NCBI GenBank assembly: GCA_965153285.1
Contig: OZ229116.1
DNA length: 64,000 nt
Reading direction: 5' to 3' (one strand)
Source of the DNA: Podarcis tiliguerta
Lineage: Eukaryota
Of the stretch, positions 48,835-61,805 are shown piece by piece. The notes beneath the pieces were generated by a model. The model saw only the letters and a program-made list of their open reading frames with translations, was not told where the DNA came from and searched no databases. How positions within the stretch are numbered: the stretch's first letter is position 1; each line of letters starts with the position of its first letter. The position numbers and the translations under genes are program-made.

Positions 48835-50714
48835 GTAAGTGAAGTCTGCAACCCCGGGAGCGGGACAGGGGCTGGAGCGGAAGTACTTGGGGTGGGGCTG
48901 GTGGGCACCGGGAAGGGACAGGCGCTGCGCCCGTTTGCCTTCGGGCGAGCATCGCTGGCAAGGAATCTGCGCGCTGCCCAGGGGACTCAGCTGGAACTCA
49001 GGGAAGGCCGCCCCGTTCTCGCCTCCCGGGCTACCCACGTACCCGCTGCACGCAAAATACTCTCAGCTAGGAAAGCTCTTGCGGATTCCCAGCATCTGTT
49101 TAAGCGGCGAGTGATTATCGCGATACCGCAGGGAAGGTCACAAGCAGAGCAGGGTGGTTCTCTATTATCTCCAGGCTCTGGGAGGAATTACTGAGGTTCT
49201 GGCTTTGTAAGCCCCTTGCTGTTGTGGCTCATCCCAGCCTTTGCTAGTCTTGGAATCCATGAATTTGATTGCTCTGCTGCACTCTCAGCTATAGGGCTAG
49301 ATGTTCTTTAAGTGGTGCAGAAAGGCGACTAAAATAAGTGCCAAGATGGAGATGCTGCTGTGCATATTTTAAAAAAGCAAAACAGCACAGGGCCACTCTG
49401 ATCTCTGGATGGGTATTGTCTAGTTATTTCAGTCTTTCTGTAAGAGCTTTGTTTTTCTGAATCTTGCTGTCCTTGAGTTTACTGAACCATTAGGTTTTCT
49501 CTCACCACTCCGTTAAATGTTTGTGCTCCTTGTAGTCAAACCAGTATCTTGGTACTGCTAATGACTTTTGGAGTACATATAGGTGAAGTTGGGTTGTATG
49601 CTAGAATGAAAAATGGTTGTTCAACTGCCTTCATCTGAGGTAAGACTTGATCTTGTTGACACCAACACAGAGGGCAGAAGGAGATGTTTCATCCAATAAC
49701 AGTCATTGCATGTTTCCAGTGGAAGGGAGGAAACAGTTTATATGGTTTTTGTGTGTAGGCAAATGGTCCTGATGAAGTTTGAACAGGTTCAGTCAGGCTG
49801 AGTTATCTGATGTTTATGGAGAGTTCTGCCCCAACAATGATTTAATGCATTAAAAACTCAGGCAGCTTGTTTTGGCATCAGAGTTGGACTAGGCCAGACA
49901 CCCCCTAAGAAAGTAGAAAGCAGAAGTGGTGAAGGTCATTCATTCTGGCATTCAAACTATACTTCCATTCTGTAAAAATAAATAAAAATGTGTCACTTTA
50001 GGATAATGTGCAGTGCAATCTTGTTCATGCAGTGCAATCTTGTTCATGCTTGAACATGTGCTTACAGCTAGAAAGTGTGTATAGGGTTGACAAATTGAAA
50101 AGTTACCCCTTAGCTGGAAAGGGGAAGTGACATTGGTTATAGGTCACAGGAAGTAGAACTCAAGTTAATTCTTAGCATCTGGGCAAAATTACTTGCTGCC
50201 TGAACCAGAAACTGTTTGTCTCAAAAATGAAACTGAGTTTGGTTAGCAGCCTGAACCTTATTTGGCAACAAATCTACAATCTCAGATGTGCAGATCCTTT
50301 TTGGAACAATGCCCATGTCACATAACACTGAATAGTTTATGATAAATGAAAGGGCATACTGCACATTTTTTCTTGTGTTGTTGTTGATTTATTTATTTAC
50401 TTACTACTTTTCTAAAATGAATGAGCACTATCAAAGTAAATATAAAAGTGTGATAAGCCCCACCCCATCCTAATACAATCATAAAAAAAATACCCAGCAT
50501 CAGAGGAGCTATATCCTACTGGGAGGATTTTTTGAATTAATTGTATTAGCTTGGTTGGAATAATTGTTCAAGAAATAAAGAGGTGAACAAACTTTTCTAA
50601 GTAGAGTGTTCCACAAAGTAGCTGCTACCTCGGGGGGGGGGGGGGGGAATTGCCCTGAGCCAGAGCTGATAGAATGTGAGAAGTGAGAACACTCTTTCTC
50701 TCCAGGCTGTCTGT

Positions 50715-50717
<3 letters not shown>

Positions 50718-50750
<33 letters not shown>

Positions 50751-50768
50751 TGAGTGAGAGAGAGAGAG
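50718..50768. repeat. (GT)n(GA)n microsatellite
   Basis: Visible runs. Confidence 0.92.
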
Positions 50769-50784
50769 AATATCTAGAGTATGT

Positions 50785-51510
50785 GTGTTCCTGACTCTGG
50801 GAGTAGGGATTCTTCTGGTTTACTGTCTGTCTTGTTGCCCAGCAGTCTCCCTGGCTGAACTGATAGAGCTGATCTTGGAGGTTATGCTGAGGACTCCCAG
50901 ATTGCTGGTGTTGGGGGACTTCAACATCCATGTTGAAGCTGTCAGCTCTGGGGTGGATCAGGACTCCATGGCTGCCATGACGACCATGGGGCTGCCCCAA
51001 CGCTTGTGGCAGGTCACACTCTGGTCCCTGCTTTCTTGGCTGAGCAGGAAGAAGGTGATCTGATATTGACATCACTTCCTTGTCGGGTCAGATCACTTCC
51101 TGTTGAGATTTAGGCTTTCCATTGCATCCTCATTGTGCTGTCCAACAGAGCTTTTCCTGGTAGTGCAGGGCCTTTTACAGTCTGGCCCAAAGGAGGTGAT
51201 AGACCTGATGGCAGCTTGCTGTGACTTGTTTGCAAAACATCGCTTTTGGGATCTTGACTCCACTATTACAGCAGATAACCCTTAAGGGGTGTCCAGAGCA
51301 CTGTCCAGTCCTGTTGTTTTGGATGACTTTTAGTTGGTAAGGCTTGAGGACATTGACCAGGTGCTTGGATTGGTCAGAACGCCTGCTTGTACTCTGGACC
51401 CCTGCTCCCCCCCATCCCGGCTGATGAAAAACTAGCAGAGAGGGGACAACTGGCTGGGCCAGGGAGCGGATTAATACCTTGTTGTGGGAGGGGGTGGTTC
51501 CTGCCCGCCA
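50785..51510 (+). mobile_element. L2-type LINE ORF2 fragment (endonuclease region, deleted and degenerate)
   Basis: GILLVY...PRLLVLGDFNIHVEA APE motif, followed by SDH-like and LDPC-like remnants. Confidence 0.75.
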
Positions 51511-52085
51511 TCTCCTATATCATATAGGTATGGGAAGTTATGTGGATTGCCAAAAAAACCAGCCTAAGTTTGGATTATAGTTCTGTTTTATTCAAAACTG
51601 CTTTATGTATTGCATGGAAATCTTTTCAGAGCTAATCATGTTGTATATATTACTGTAATATTTCTGCAACTGTGTGGGCCTTTGACTTAAAAAGAAAATC
51701 GTTACAGGATGCTTGATTCCAAATCAGTGTACAGTCAGGATAGCATAATACATAATTCCTGGAAAATTGAGGTGTATGCAGAATAGGTTTTCAGTGAGCA
51801 ACTGTAGAAAATAAGCAAATAATAAGGTATGCAAATGCCTGCACCTGGAACAATCCCATGGAACGTACAGACTTGTAAGCCTCATTAATTTCAGTGTTAA
51901 AAAGTTAAGTACATGCTTAATTCTTTTTTTAAATCAGTGGGGTTTAAACTTTTGGATGAAGTATAGTCACTTCTCATATGTTTAGCAGCTTTATAAACAC
52001 AATTTCGAACTCTTGAAATCACTTTGTTCAATGTAAACTGATAGCAGCCTTTATTTTCTTAACAGGTTTTGAAATCAACATAAAA

Positions 52086-52189
52086 ATGGATATCCGGGGT
52101 GCTGTAGATGCTGCTGTCCCCACCAATATCATTGCTGCCAAAGCTGCCGAGGTTCGGGCCAACAAAGTGAATTGGCAGTCATATCTCCA
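52086..52189 (+). CDS. ATP6V1H: ATP6V1H exon 2 coding part (exon starts at 52066), MDIRGAVDAAVPTNIIAAKAAEVRANKVNWQSYL(Q)
   Basis: aacag| acceptor and CA|gtaagt donor; matches the recalled V-ATPase subunit H N-terminus. Confidence 0.98.
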
Positions 52190-53419
52190 GTAAGTTAGTA
52201 TCTGGGCACAGGTTCCCAGAAGGAGCATATATCTCTAGGCTTCTAAACTAGTTACAGTTTTTATGCTCATGGAAGGTCTTGCATGCTATTAGGAGAGCTG
52301 GAAAAATACTGAGTTAGTGAAAATTAACTGTTATTAAGAGAAATGATATTTTGTTAAAACAAATAAGGGTAGGGTTCCATGGATGGGTATGATTGATAGA
52401 AATATTTTTTCCTAACAGTTTTCATAAACTTTTTCAGAAGTCTGGCAAAGTCCAGGTTTTAAAATGCCAATTTGTTGAGGAATTCCACTATCCTTAAGAT
52501 TGCTTTCTGCCATTTACCGGTAACTACATAATTAACTACACACAAAAAAGCCTCCCAGAGCTCCATTGCCCATAAGTGCATGTTGGTTTGTAGAAGAGAT
52601 AAATAGAGATCACAAAGAAGAATTTAACCAGCACAAAAGAACATTGCCAGGTCAAAGGGTGGGCTGGAATGTCTAAATAGCTGTGGCCACATTCACTTAC
52701 TATCGCCCCGCCCCCCCAATTTGATTCATTAATTCACAAACAATACCAGTGAAATTCACAGGAAAGCAAACACCTAATATTCGCCAGGCTCTTTCTGATG
52801 AAATAGTTATAGAATTGGAACAATACTATGTAGTACAATAATAGTAATGAGATTACAGCCTGATCAAATGCAATATTGCAAAGAAATTAAAAAAAAATGA
52901 CTGTTACTACTTCATGTGAACAGAAGAACTGCACTTCTTGCAAGGAAAATCTATAATTAAAAGGAAAACTTAATCACAAGCTACTGTGTCACTGACTGAC
53001 TGCAAGAGGGCTTTTTTTAATGAATAACATCACTTAGGACATGCTCTTTATCCCTAATCAGCAGCTGTTTTTCCTCATGGCCTTGGAATTATGTCGGTCT
53101 GTCATTGGAAAGTTGTCAGAGTGTTGGGGAACCGAAACATGTAGGACTGCTTTCTAAGAATCTTTATTTATTTATTGGCACCAGTGCCCAGGAGTGGTTA
53201 CTATTCTGAAATGGTAGGAATGAATATTATCTTGCAATTTAAAAACATATATTTTTAATAAGGCTTTTTTCTTTGGGCTTGATAATCTTTTCTAAGCAGT
53301 GTGCTGATTAACTCTAAATTTAAGGGAAGGTAAAATAGTACAGTACATTGAAATTCACAATCAATAGATGATTTCCTGTGGTTTACCCACTACGTGTTAA
53401 TGCTACATAGAAATACACT

Positions 53420-54000
53420 GAATCGTTTATTTATTTATAAAAATATGTTACAGTGGTTTACAACAATGTATAAATGTAAAATGAAACAATAACATTTAAG
53501 AACAAGTTAAGAGCAAAAGAGAAATTAAAAGCACACATCAATTGACCATTGTGGACGATGTACTCTAACTGCCTGCATAGGCCTTCTGGAACTGAAAGGT
53601 TTTCAGCAGGCGTTTAAAAGTTGGCCCAGAAGGTGCCCACTGAACTATTTGGCAGGATTTCCCACAGGACTGGTGGAAACTAAAGGCTCAGTTTCTCATT
53701 GTTGTCAGATGAGCCTCACGAACTCAGGGAATGACCAAAGATGCTCCTGTAGATGATCTTGGTGATGGAGCTGGGATACAAGGTTTCAGGAGATCCCTGA
53801 GGTATCCAGGATTCAAGTTGTAAATCAATACGTGAACCTTGAACCAGGCTCAGTAGCAGATGGGCAGCCATTGCAGCTGTTTTAACAATGGTGTCAAGTA
53901 TTCTTAACCAGAAAAGGGAAAAAGTAATCTGGCTGCTGCAGTCTACAATAGCTGGAGCTTCCAAATCAACCCCAAGGGTATAAAGACTTGAAAACAGTTT
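53420..54000 (-). mobile_element. Degenerate L2 3' fragment
   Basis: (TTTA)n tail followed by reverse-complement L2-like sequence. Boundaries approximate. Confidence 0.5.
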
Positions 54001-54099
54001 ACTCAAAACATGGTCAACTTTATGCTGTTCTTGTAGACTGTACAAGAGTATTTGGCCTGATTCAACAGGCCTGTTCTTAAGTTCTTATGACACTAAGTA

Positions 54100-54323
54100 C
54101 AGTGGTACCTCTGGTTACAAACACTTCTGGTTACAAATGCTTCAGGTTACGAGCTCCGCTAACCCGGAAGTAGCTGCTCCTGGTTGCGAACTTTGCCCCA
54201 GGATGCGAACAGAAATTGCGCACCAGAGGTGCCATTAGTGAAAGCACACCTCAGGATAAGAATGGTTTCAGCTTAAGAATGGACCTACGGAACAAATTAA
54301 GTTTGTAACAAGAGGTACCACTG
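54100..54323. mobile_element. Tc1/mariner MITE (inverted relative to 10132 and 47299)
   Basis: TA-CAGTGGTACCTCT...AGAGGTACCACTG-TA. Confidence 0.88.
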
Positions 54324-54707
54324 TAGACCTTTCAAAAGCAGTTTATGATTAGGCATGGAGTTGGGGTTTACTGCTTCAAGGGAAAAAAAGTCAAAAATTC
54401 CATTAGCCTTGGCTCCATAGAAGCTTTTGAATCATCAAAGATACACTGGGGTCTTCACTGCCCTTTTCCTTGCAAGATAATGGCTTTGGACAGCATCCAT
54501 GCTCTTGGGCTAAACACAGTACATGCTCCAAATTTATTTAATATGTTTGGAAAGGGAAGTGTGCTCACTAAACAGTCACTGTAGGAAATTATTACATTAG
54601 CACCTCGGGAAATTTTTTTTTTAACAGCAGGATATATTCTGTTAAATCTACAAGCAGTAAAACAATGATAGCACAGGAAGTCCTTAAAGCTTTGTTTTCC
54701 TTGCTAG

Positions 54708-54810
54708 AGGGCAGATGATTTCAGCAGAAGACTGTGAATTTATTCAAAGATTCGAGCAGAAAAGGAGCCCAGAAGAGAAACAAGAATTGATTAAAAATGA
54801 AGGCAGCCAG
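54708..54810 (+). CDS. ATP6V1H: ATP6V1H exon 3, (Q)GQMISAEDCEFIQRFEQKRSPEEKQELIKNEGSQ
   Basis: ctag|...CAG|gtaacc; 103 bp; in frame with exon 2. Confidence 0.98.
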
Positions 54811-55034
54811 GTAACCCAGCATCTCTTTGGGGCAATCTCCTGTTCTAGGAACAGCCAATGTGTGTGGTTGTTTGTCTTTGGCATTCTGGTTTTAAAAGTT
54901 TGGCATCTATATTTCTGCTTCTGTGCCAGCTTTCCTCATAGATCATTTGTGAAAATGTCCTGGTGAATTAACCGTATGCCTTCTGTACTTTCTACCATTG
55001 AGTATGATGACAAGAAGCATAAATAATGCAAGCC

Positions 55035-55555
55035 AGAATTGAAGAGTTGAAAGGGACCCCAAGGGTCATCTAGTCCAACCCCCTGCAATGCAGGAATCTC
55101 AACTAAAGCATCCATGGCAGATGGCCATCCAACCTCTGCTGAAAAACCTCCAAGGAAGGAGAGCCCACAACTTCCTGAGGGAGACCGTTCCATGGTCAAT
55201 TAGCTCATACTGTTGGAAAGTTTTCCCGATGTTTAGTTGGAATCTCCTGTCTTGTAACTTGAAGGCATTGGTTCGAGTCCTACCCTCCAGAGCAGGAGAA
55301 ATCAAGCTTATTCCCTCTGCCATATGAAGCCCTTGAGATATAGGAAGATGGCTATCATATCTCCTCTCAGTCTCCTCTTTTCCAGGCTAAACATACCCAA
55401 CTCCTTCAACTGTTCCATATAAACCTTGGTTTCCAGACCCTTGCTCATCTTGGTTGCCCTCCTCTGCACACCTTCCAGCTTGTCAACATCCTTCTTAAAT
55501 TGTTGTGCCCAGAATTGGACACAGTATTCCAGGTGTGGTTTGCCAAAGGCAGACT
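55035..55555 (-). mobile_element. CR1 LINE 3' fragment
   Basis: Reverse-complement CR1 3' end and RT C-terminus (GRTRTNAFKLQDRRFQLNIGKTF). Confidence 0.88.
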
Positions 55556-56157
55556 AAATCATGGAAGTTTCACCAGAGTCCATAGGTCATGTTAGAATGC
55601 CTTAGACCACTGTTTGAATATGCAGCTCTCCTTTTGAGCATTTTATGGGTTCTGCTATTGCAGTCAGATTTTTGTGTGCAACTGATCCAAAAGTGTAGTT
55701 GAACTGCTTGCCATTTGCATGCTAGTGTGAATCACACTTGGTGCTTAGAGAATGTGCTTAGGGTGCCATAGAGCACTGGGTTATACTGCCTTATACTGAG
55801 CCGCAACATCGGTCCATCTGGTTCACTGTTGTCTACACTGACTGGTAACAGCTCTACAGGGTTTCAGGCAGAGTTTCCCAGCCTTGCCTGGTGATTTGCC
55901 ACCTCCTTTGTTGCAACTCTCTTCTTTCTTTGCCCCACCCCATACTGTTCGAGAGGGTGCCTTGACTTTGCAGAGCAGCTTTGGGGGAAGTTGGGGCTGC
56001 AGTGAGAAGGAAACAACTCAAAAACCTTCTTGCACAAGTATACTGACACTTGTACATATCTGGCTACAGCCATTGTAAATATTATTTAAAAGTTGCTTGT
56101 TAAAATATAGGCACACTTTGTATAAGTACTCCTCTTAATGCAGTAATGGTTGTTGGA

Positions 56158-56367
56158 TAGGGTTGCCATATTTTGAAAATGACCTTCCCGGACACTTCCT
56201 GCCCTCTTCCACGCTTTGGTGGCATGCATGTGTCCCTCCAACCCCTCCCCCAATAAATATCCCTCCCCCCAAAATCCGGACATTTCAAGTACAGTGCCAA
56301 ATTCTGCCTGGAGAGGCCCCCCCAAAACAGGACATGTCTGGGAAATTCCGGACATAGGGCAACCCTA
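56158..56367. mobile_element. hAT MITE (TAGGGTTGCC TIR)
   Basis: TAGGGTTGCC/GGCAACCCTA termini flanked by a TGTTGGA direct repeat. Confidence 0.82.
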
Positions 56368-56802
56368 TGTTGGAGCACTTGCCCTATGAATATGTCTTCT
56401 CCTGTTCAGACTAGGAACAAAATCAATCTCCCCCACTCCCATATTAGTTAATTTTGAAAAGTCTAACGGGCAGTTTTTCACATTTTTGTTGAAGTTAGTG
56501 ATGTTCAGCATGCAGAAATGTCTTCATCATTGCCTCCCCTTTGTGCCTGTTAGAAACCATAGTAGACCTTAACTTCAGGTGTGGGGAGCTTTTTGTCCTC
56601 CTGATGCTACTGAACTAAAACTCCCATCAGGCCCAGCAAGCATGACCAATGGACAGGGATTATGGGAGATACCATTTAGCAGCAGCTGGAAGGACAAAGG
56701 TTATTACCACCTGCTTTATTTTATGGGATTGTGTCTTGTTCTCTTAATCTGTGGCCTTGTGTCTACAGGGCATGCATTAAACACAGCATACCTTTATATT
56801 CT

Positions 56803-57145
56803 GGGATGCGCGTCGCGCTGTGGGTTAAACCACCGAGCCTAGGACTTGCCGATCAGAAGGGGTGATGGGGTGAGCTCCCGTAGCTCGGTCCCTGCTCCTG
56901 CCAACCTAGCAGTTCGAAAGCATGTCAAAGTGCAAGTAGATAAATAGGTACCTTTCCGGCGGGAAGGTAAACGGCGTTTCTGTGCGCTGCTCTGGTTCAC
57001 CAGAAGCGGCTTAGTCATGCTGGCCACATGACCCAGAAGCTGTACGCCGGCTCCCTTGGCCAATAAAGCGAGATGAGCGCCGCAACCCCAGAGTTGGCCA
57101 CGACTGGACCTAATGGTCAGGGGTCCCTTTACCTTTACCTTACCT
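56803..57145 (+). mobile_element. Sauria SINE (Squam1) with 14-bp TSD
   Basis: Head GGGATGCGCGTCGCGCTGTGGGTTAAACC and ACCTTT tail; TACCTTTATATTCT repeated at 56789-56802 and 57141-57154. Confidence 0.92.
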
Positions 57146-57400
57146 TTATATTCTAGAGAAAAAAGTCAAGAAATCATTGCCAAATTCGGCTTGGACTGCT
57201 GATTAAATGAATGCAGCCAGTGCAATAGTAGTAGGCTGGGGAGGAGTTTCCCAATACTTGTGTTTATTACAGTGAAGCAACTTTGGATTGTTTCAGTGTT
57301 CCTCACACAGGCTGTGCTTGCAAAATTGCCAAATGAAAATAAGAATGAAAACACTTGCGAATAATTCTAACTTACTTTGGATTACTTCTTTCCTCCCTAG

Positions 57401-57490
57401 TGCGCTAAAACGTTCATAAACCTCATGACTCACATCTCCAAGGAACAAACAGTTCAGTACATTTTAACAATGGTGGATGATATGCTGCAG
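57401..57490 (+). CDS. ATP6V1H: ATP6V1H exon 4, [30 protein letters not shown]
   Basis: ccctag|...CAG|gtaagt; 90 bp. Confidence 0.98.
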
Positions 57491-58936
57491 GTAAGTTAAT
57501 TGGTTTTCCCCCCATTTCCAGTGCTTGTTGGTATGTGGGTATCTTATTTCAGTGCAGACAGCTTTCTGCTTGCTGCCCACTTTAAATTGGTTTGCAAGGC
57601 TAGAGCCTATGCACCAAGTGGCCTTTAGTGATTTTAGTGGAGCTTGTGTGCTTTATCTGCTGAAATGATCAGCGGTGGCCGAGCAGCAATGCCTTGTGGA
57701 ATAAGCTTTCTGTGATCAACATCTGCTAGGTTCTGCCTACACTCCGTACTTTGTGGAAAGTACCTTTGATACAGTTAGTAAGATTGCATTTGCAGCTGGG
57801 AACAAGTGTGGCTGAAACCATCAATAGATGAATCAGTTAACCTTTTTCAAAAATAAAATAAAAAACCCCTCAGAGATATGCATTTATTTTTATTAACATT
57901 CCCGACTACATCCTACAGAACAGCACTTTATCCATTGCATATAGTGTAAATTGTATAAGATCATCGTTAATCAAATATAAATAATGAGCCCACTTATCCA
58001 TTTTATCTTGAACAGTCAAATATTAGGGGAGTAACTTTTCATTTTATTGCTGTTTTAAGTTTGTCTGTTGACACTCAGCCTTTTCTTAGGCTGTCCGTAG
58101 TTATTTGTTTATGATATTCATTTTGTGGATTAATATTTTAATTCTGCCTATTTCTTGAATTCTGTTAGTTGCTTTGATTGCCTCTGTAAGGAGGGGAGTA
58201 GCAGGGTAATAAAACATTGTGGTTCATGTGGTCAGGGAAGCTGTGGTTGGTGGTGATGCTATTGTCACAGGTATGCTGTATATTTGCTGATGTGTTTCTC
58301 CCCTTCAAAGGAAGTAAGAAAAATACATTTTGCATGAAATGTGCAAAGCATTTCTCACTGGACATATGCATAACTTCTTTGATTTCCATGTACATGCGCA
58401 AGCCAGTTCTGTCTGCTTGGCAACAAATCTTTTATCGGCCCAATGACCTCCTTGATTTTATTGCGTTTTTTTAACAATACATTTTGTTCTGAATAGTTCA
58501 AAACTACCTTAATGTGTTCTAATATTTTAGATTTGTAGCAATTACATTTTTAAAATAAGACATGCTTAGCACGAATCATGGTGATTATACAAGCTCAGGC
58601 AGCATCTCTTAAGTGCACTTACAGGCAGATCTTGGGCTGCTGTACCAAATTACTTTTAAATTAACACATTGTGCTGATATTCTGGGCAAGCATACCACCT
58701 GAAAAGTTTAAGCTGAGAGTGAAAGAATCATAATGAGTCAGAACAGGTAGGGGCCTCAAATCTCCTGCCAGAAGCATGAATCCTCTCCAAAGCAGGGGGA
58801 ACAAAAGACTGGCTTGCAAAATCAAACAACGATCCATCTAGTCCAGCATCTAGTTTTGTTTGCTTACAACATTTAAAGACCGCTTTTCAACAGAAGTCTG
58901 TTCGTGAAGCAGCTTCAACAACAATGTACATATGCA

Positions 58937-59957
58937 TTGGCAGACAATGGGGGACTTACAGGGAACTGCTGGATTTTACAGGGGGGGACGACCCCAAAAT
59001 GAAATCAGTGGAAAACTTAAGGAGCCAACTTATGGGTTGGTTGCAATATCACCAGATATACAACATGTTTAAATTAGATAGAAAGAATGGATTTCTGGAC
59101 CAAGGCTCGCAATATGAAAAAGAACTCCTACAAACTAAGAATAAACTTCTGTCTTGTTAAAACTTCAGTGGCACACTGGGCAATAGATATAGGACACAAT
59201 ATAGATCTTAATCTCTGGAATAAACTTTGCAAAAGTGACCTGAAATTTACTGCATGTTATTCATTGGAAGAGAATTATTTGAAAATGTTTCATAGGTGGT
59301 ATTTAATTCCGAGTAGGTTGGCTAAGATTTATAAAACAGAATCAGATACGTGTTGGAAGTGTAAAGAAACTAAGGGAACCTTTTTCACATGTGGACATGT
59401 AAAAAGGTAAAAGTTTATTGGGAAATGATTTATAATGAATTGAAAAAAATGTTTAAAACTACTCCCCCCCAACCCCCTCCCCTAGTCCTGTTTGACATAA
59501 ATTCCTAGGTGTCAGAAAAGGTTATTTATGTATGCAACAACTGCGGCCTGTGTTTTGTTATCCCCAAAATGGAAGGTGAGCAAGGTCCCGACTAAAGAGC
59601 ACTGGCAACTTAAGTTGACAGAATATGCAGAACTTGCAGATTTAACACATAGAATAAGAGAGCAAGTAGAACATATATTTTAAAAAGAGTGGAAAACATT
59701 TATTGAATATATGGAAAATAACTGTATACAGCTGAGAATGCTGGCAGCACTAAGATAAATTCAACAGAGTAAATAATTTTTAATGGATCTAAAAATGGAA
59801 AACTGATTTGAATGGTTATAGTAAAATATGCAGGAATATATAATATGTAAAAGGAGCCATGGACGGAGAAGGGAAGTCAATGAATATTTTAAAGTTTGTA
59901 AAATGCTTATTTTGAAATGTAAAATTGAAAACTTAATAAAAATTATTATTTAAAAAT
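58937..59957 (+). mobile_element. 5'-truncated L1 (ORF2 C-terminus and 3'UTR) with 16-bp TSD
   Basis: LKFTACYSLEENYLKMFHRWY...CWKCKETKGTFF is homologous to ORF2 at 2665-6405. AATAAA tail. ACAATGTACATATGCA at 58921-58936 and 59958-59973. Confidence 0.92.
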
Positions 59958-60138
59958 ACAATGTACATATGCAAGTGAAAACAATCCATACAGAATAGAA
60001 CTGTGTTTATATAGAACTATGTTTCAACTATGTTTGTAAAATTAAGCCTCAAGAGTCTCAGCTGATCTCCAAGTGCCCCAAGGATAAAACTGTCTCCATC
60101 TGTTTTCTGTGTTTCCTTTCCATTTATGCTGCTTGCAG

Positions 60139-60252
60139 GAAAACCACCAACGTGTTAGTATTTTCTTTGACTATGCAAAACGCGGCAAGAACACTGCATG
60201 GTCCTATTTCCTTCCTATGTTGAATCGTCAAGATCTTTTCACTGTGCACATG
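60139..60252 (+). CDS. ATP6V1H: ATP6V1H exon 5, ENHQRVSIFFDYAKRGKNTAWSYFLPMLNRQDLFTVHM
   Basis: ttgcag|...ATG|gtaagc; 114 bp. Confidence 0.98.
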
Positions 60253-61051
60253 GTAAGCTTTCCGATCAGTCAAATAGCCTAGGTTTGAGAGGGGACCTTT
60301 GGTTGCAAAACTTAGGACAGATTTATTAGACCTTCAATATCAATGTCCTGTCAGCACTTTATAATTAAGGGTTATATAAATTGTCCATTAACAACACTAC
60401 AGCTTTATTTAAAGTATGGTATTTAAGTTTTTCATGGAAGGAAGGCATTCCTAGCAGTATTCCTGCATTATCTGACTATAAAATTTTCAGAGACCAAGCC
60501 AGAGTACAATATGGACGTGCTGTATGACCCCTCAGTGTCACCTTGTTTGAAGTGTTGATTTAAACAGGACCAGGGTAAAGGACTTAGTTTTATATGAACA
60601 TTATTAGATTTAGCTGTAATGCTCAGCCTCTCTCTTTCCCCAAACCTTTAGAATGGGACAGTTCATAAATATAAACTAATGACTAGGTTTTCTTTCTTTT
60701 TAAACTGCTAGCCTTTTCTTCTAATGCCCCTTTTCACGCCTCTCTTTTATGCTGTTGCTCCTCAGGTTGGCAAGAGGCTCCAAATGTTTAGCTAATCAAA
60801 AGCCAGCGATTAAATACATTTTAAGACAGCCATATATTATTATCAGTAAAGATCTTGAACCAGCCGGATTAGTAAGAGAGATGATGTGGTAGAGGGATTA
60901 TGCTATTTGATTGTCTTCTCACAAGAGTCTAGTGGCTCTTAAAGACTAACAAATTTACTATGGCATAAGTGTTTGTGAACTGCAGCCCTCTTCCTTGGAT
61001 GCAACTAAGGTTCTTAGATTGTAACACTCCTGTTTAAAAGGTATTAATATT

Positions 61052-61620
61052 TAGGAACATAGAAAACTGCCTTATACAGAGTCAGACTGCTGGTAAAAAG
61101 GTAAAGGACCCTTGGATGGTTAAGTCCAGGCAAAAGCAACTATGGGGTTGTGGCACTCATCTCACTTTCAAGCCAAGGGAGCCAGTGTTTGACCACAGAC
61201 AGCTTTCTGGGTCATGTGGCCAGCATGACTAAACCACTTCTGGTGCAACAGAACCGCATGACGGAAACCAGAGCACATGGAAACACCATTTACCTTCCCG
61301 CTGCAGCAGTACCTATTTATCTACTTGCACTGGCGTGCTTTTGAACTGCTAGGTTGGCAGGAGCTGGGAAAGAGCAACGGGAGCTCACCCCTTCGTGAGG
61401 ATTTGAACATCCAACCTTCTGGTCGGCAAGCCCAAGAGGCTCAGTGGTTTAGACCACAGCGCCACCCGCATCCATAGCTTAGTACTGTCTTGACACTGAC
61501 TGCCAGTGGTTCTCTAGTGTTTCAAAAGAGTCTTTCCCATCTCTGCTTTGAGATGTAGGAAGTTGAACACAGGACCTTTTACATGCAAGGTGTATGTGCT
61601 ACCGCTGAACAATGGCTCCT
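61052..61620 (-). mobile_element. Squam3-like SINE split by a nested Sauria SINE
   Basis: taggaacatagaaaactgccttatacagagtcagac...tggt [insert] ccatagcttagtactgtc...tRNA-like head. Confidence 0.75.
61092..61473 (-). mobile_element. Sauria SINE (Squam1), full-length, more diverged
   Basis: Colinear with 39287-39654. Confidence 0.9.
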
Positions 61621-61700
61621 CTGCTGTATCCATTGATGATGTTATTGCAAATTCTATGATAATATGTGTCTGAGTTTATGTTTTCTGCACTTTCTTTCAG

Positions 61701-61805
61701 GCAGCCAGAATTATTGCCAAGCTAGCAGCTTGGGGAAGAGAACTGATGGAAGGCAGCGATTTAAATTATTATTTCAATTGGATAAAGACCCAGCTTAGTT
61801 CGCAG
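61701..61805 (+). CDS. ATP6V1H: ATP6V1H exon 6, [35 protein letters not shown]
   Basis: tttcag|...CAG|gtaatt; 105 bp. Confidence 0.98.

Larger units (their letters stand above)
48380..49150. promoter_or_regulatory. ATP6V1H CpG-island promoter
   Basis: CpG-dense stretch around non-coding exon 1. Confidence 0.85.

Noticed and set aside
48500-49194. ORFs across the ATP6V1H promoter
   Set aside because: GC-rich chance ORFs crossing the exon 1 donor; the real CDS starts at 52086.
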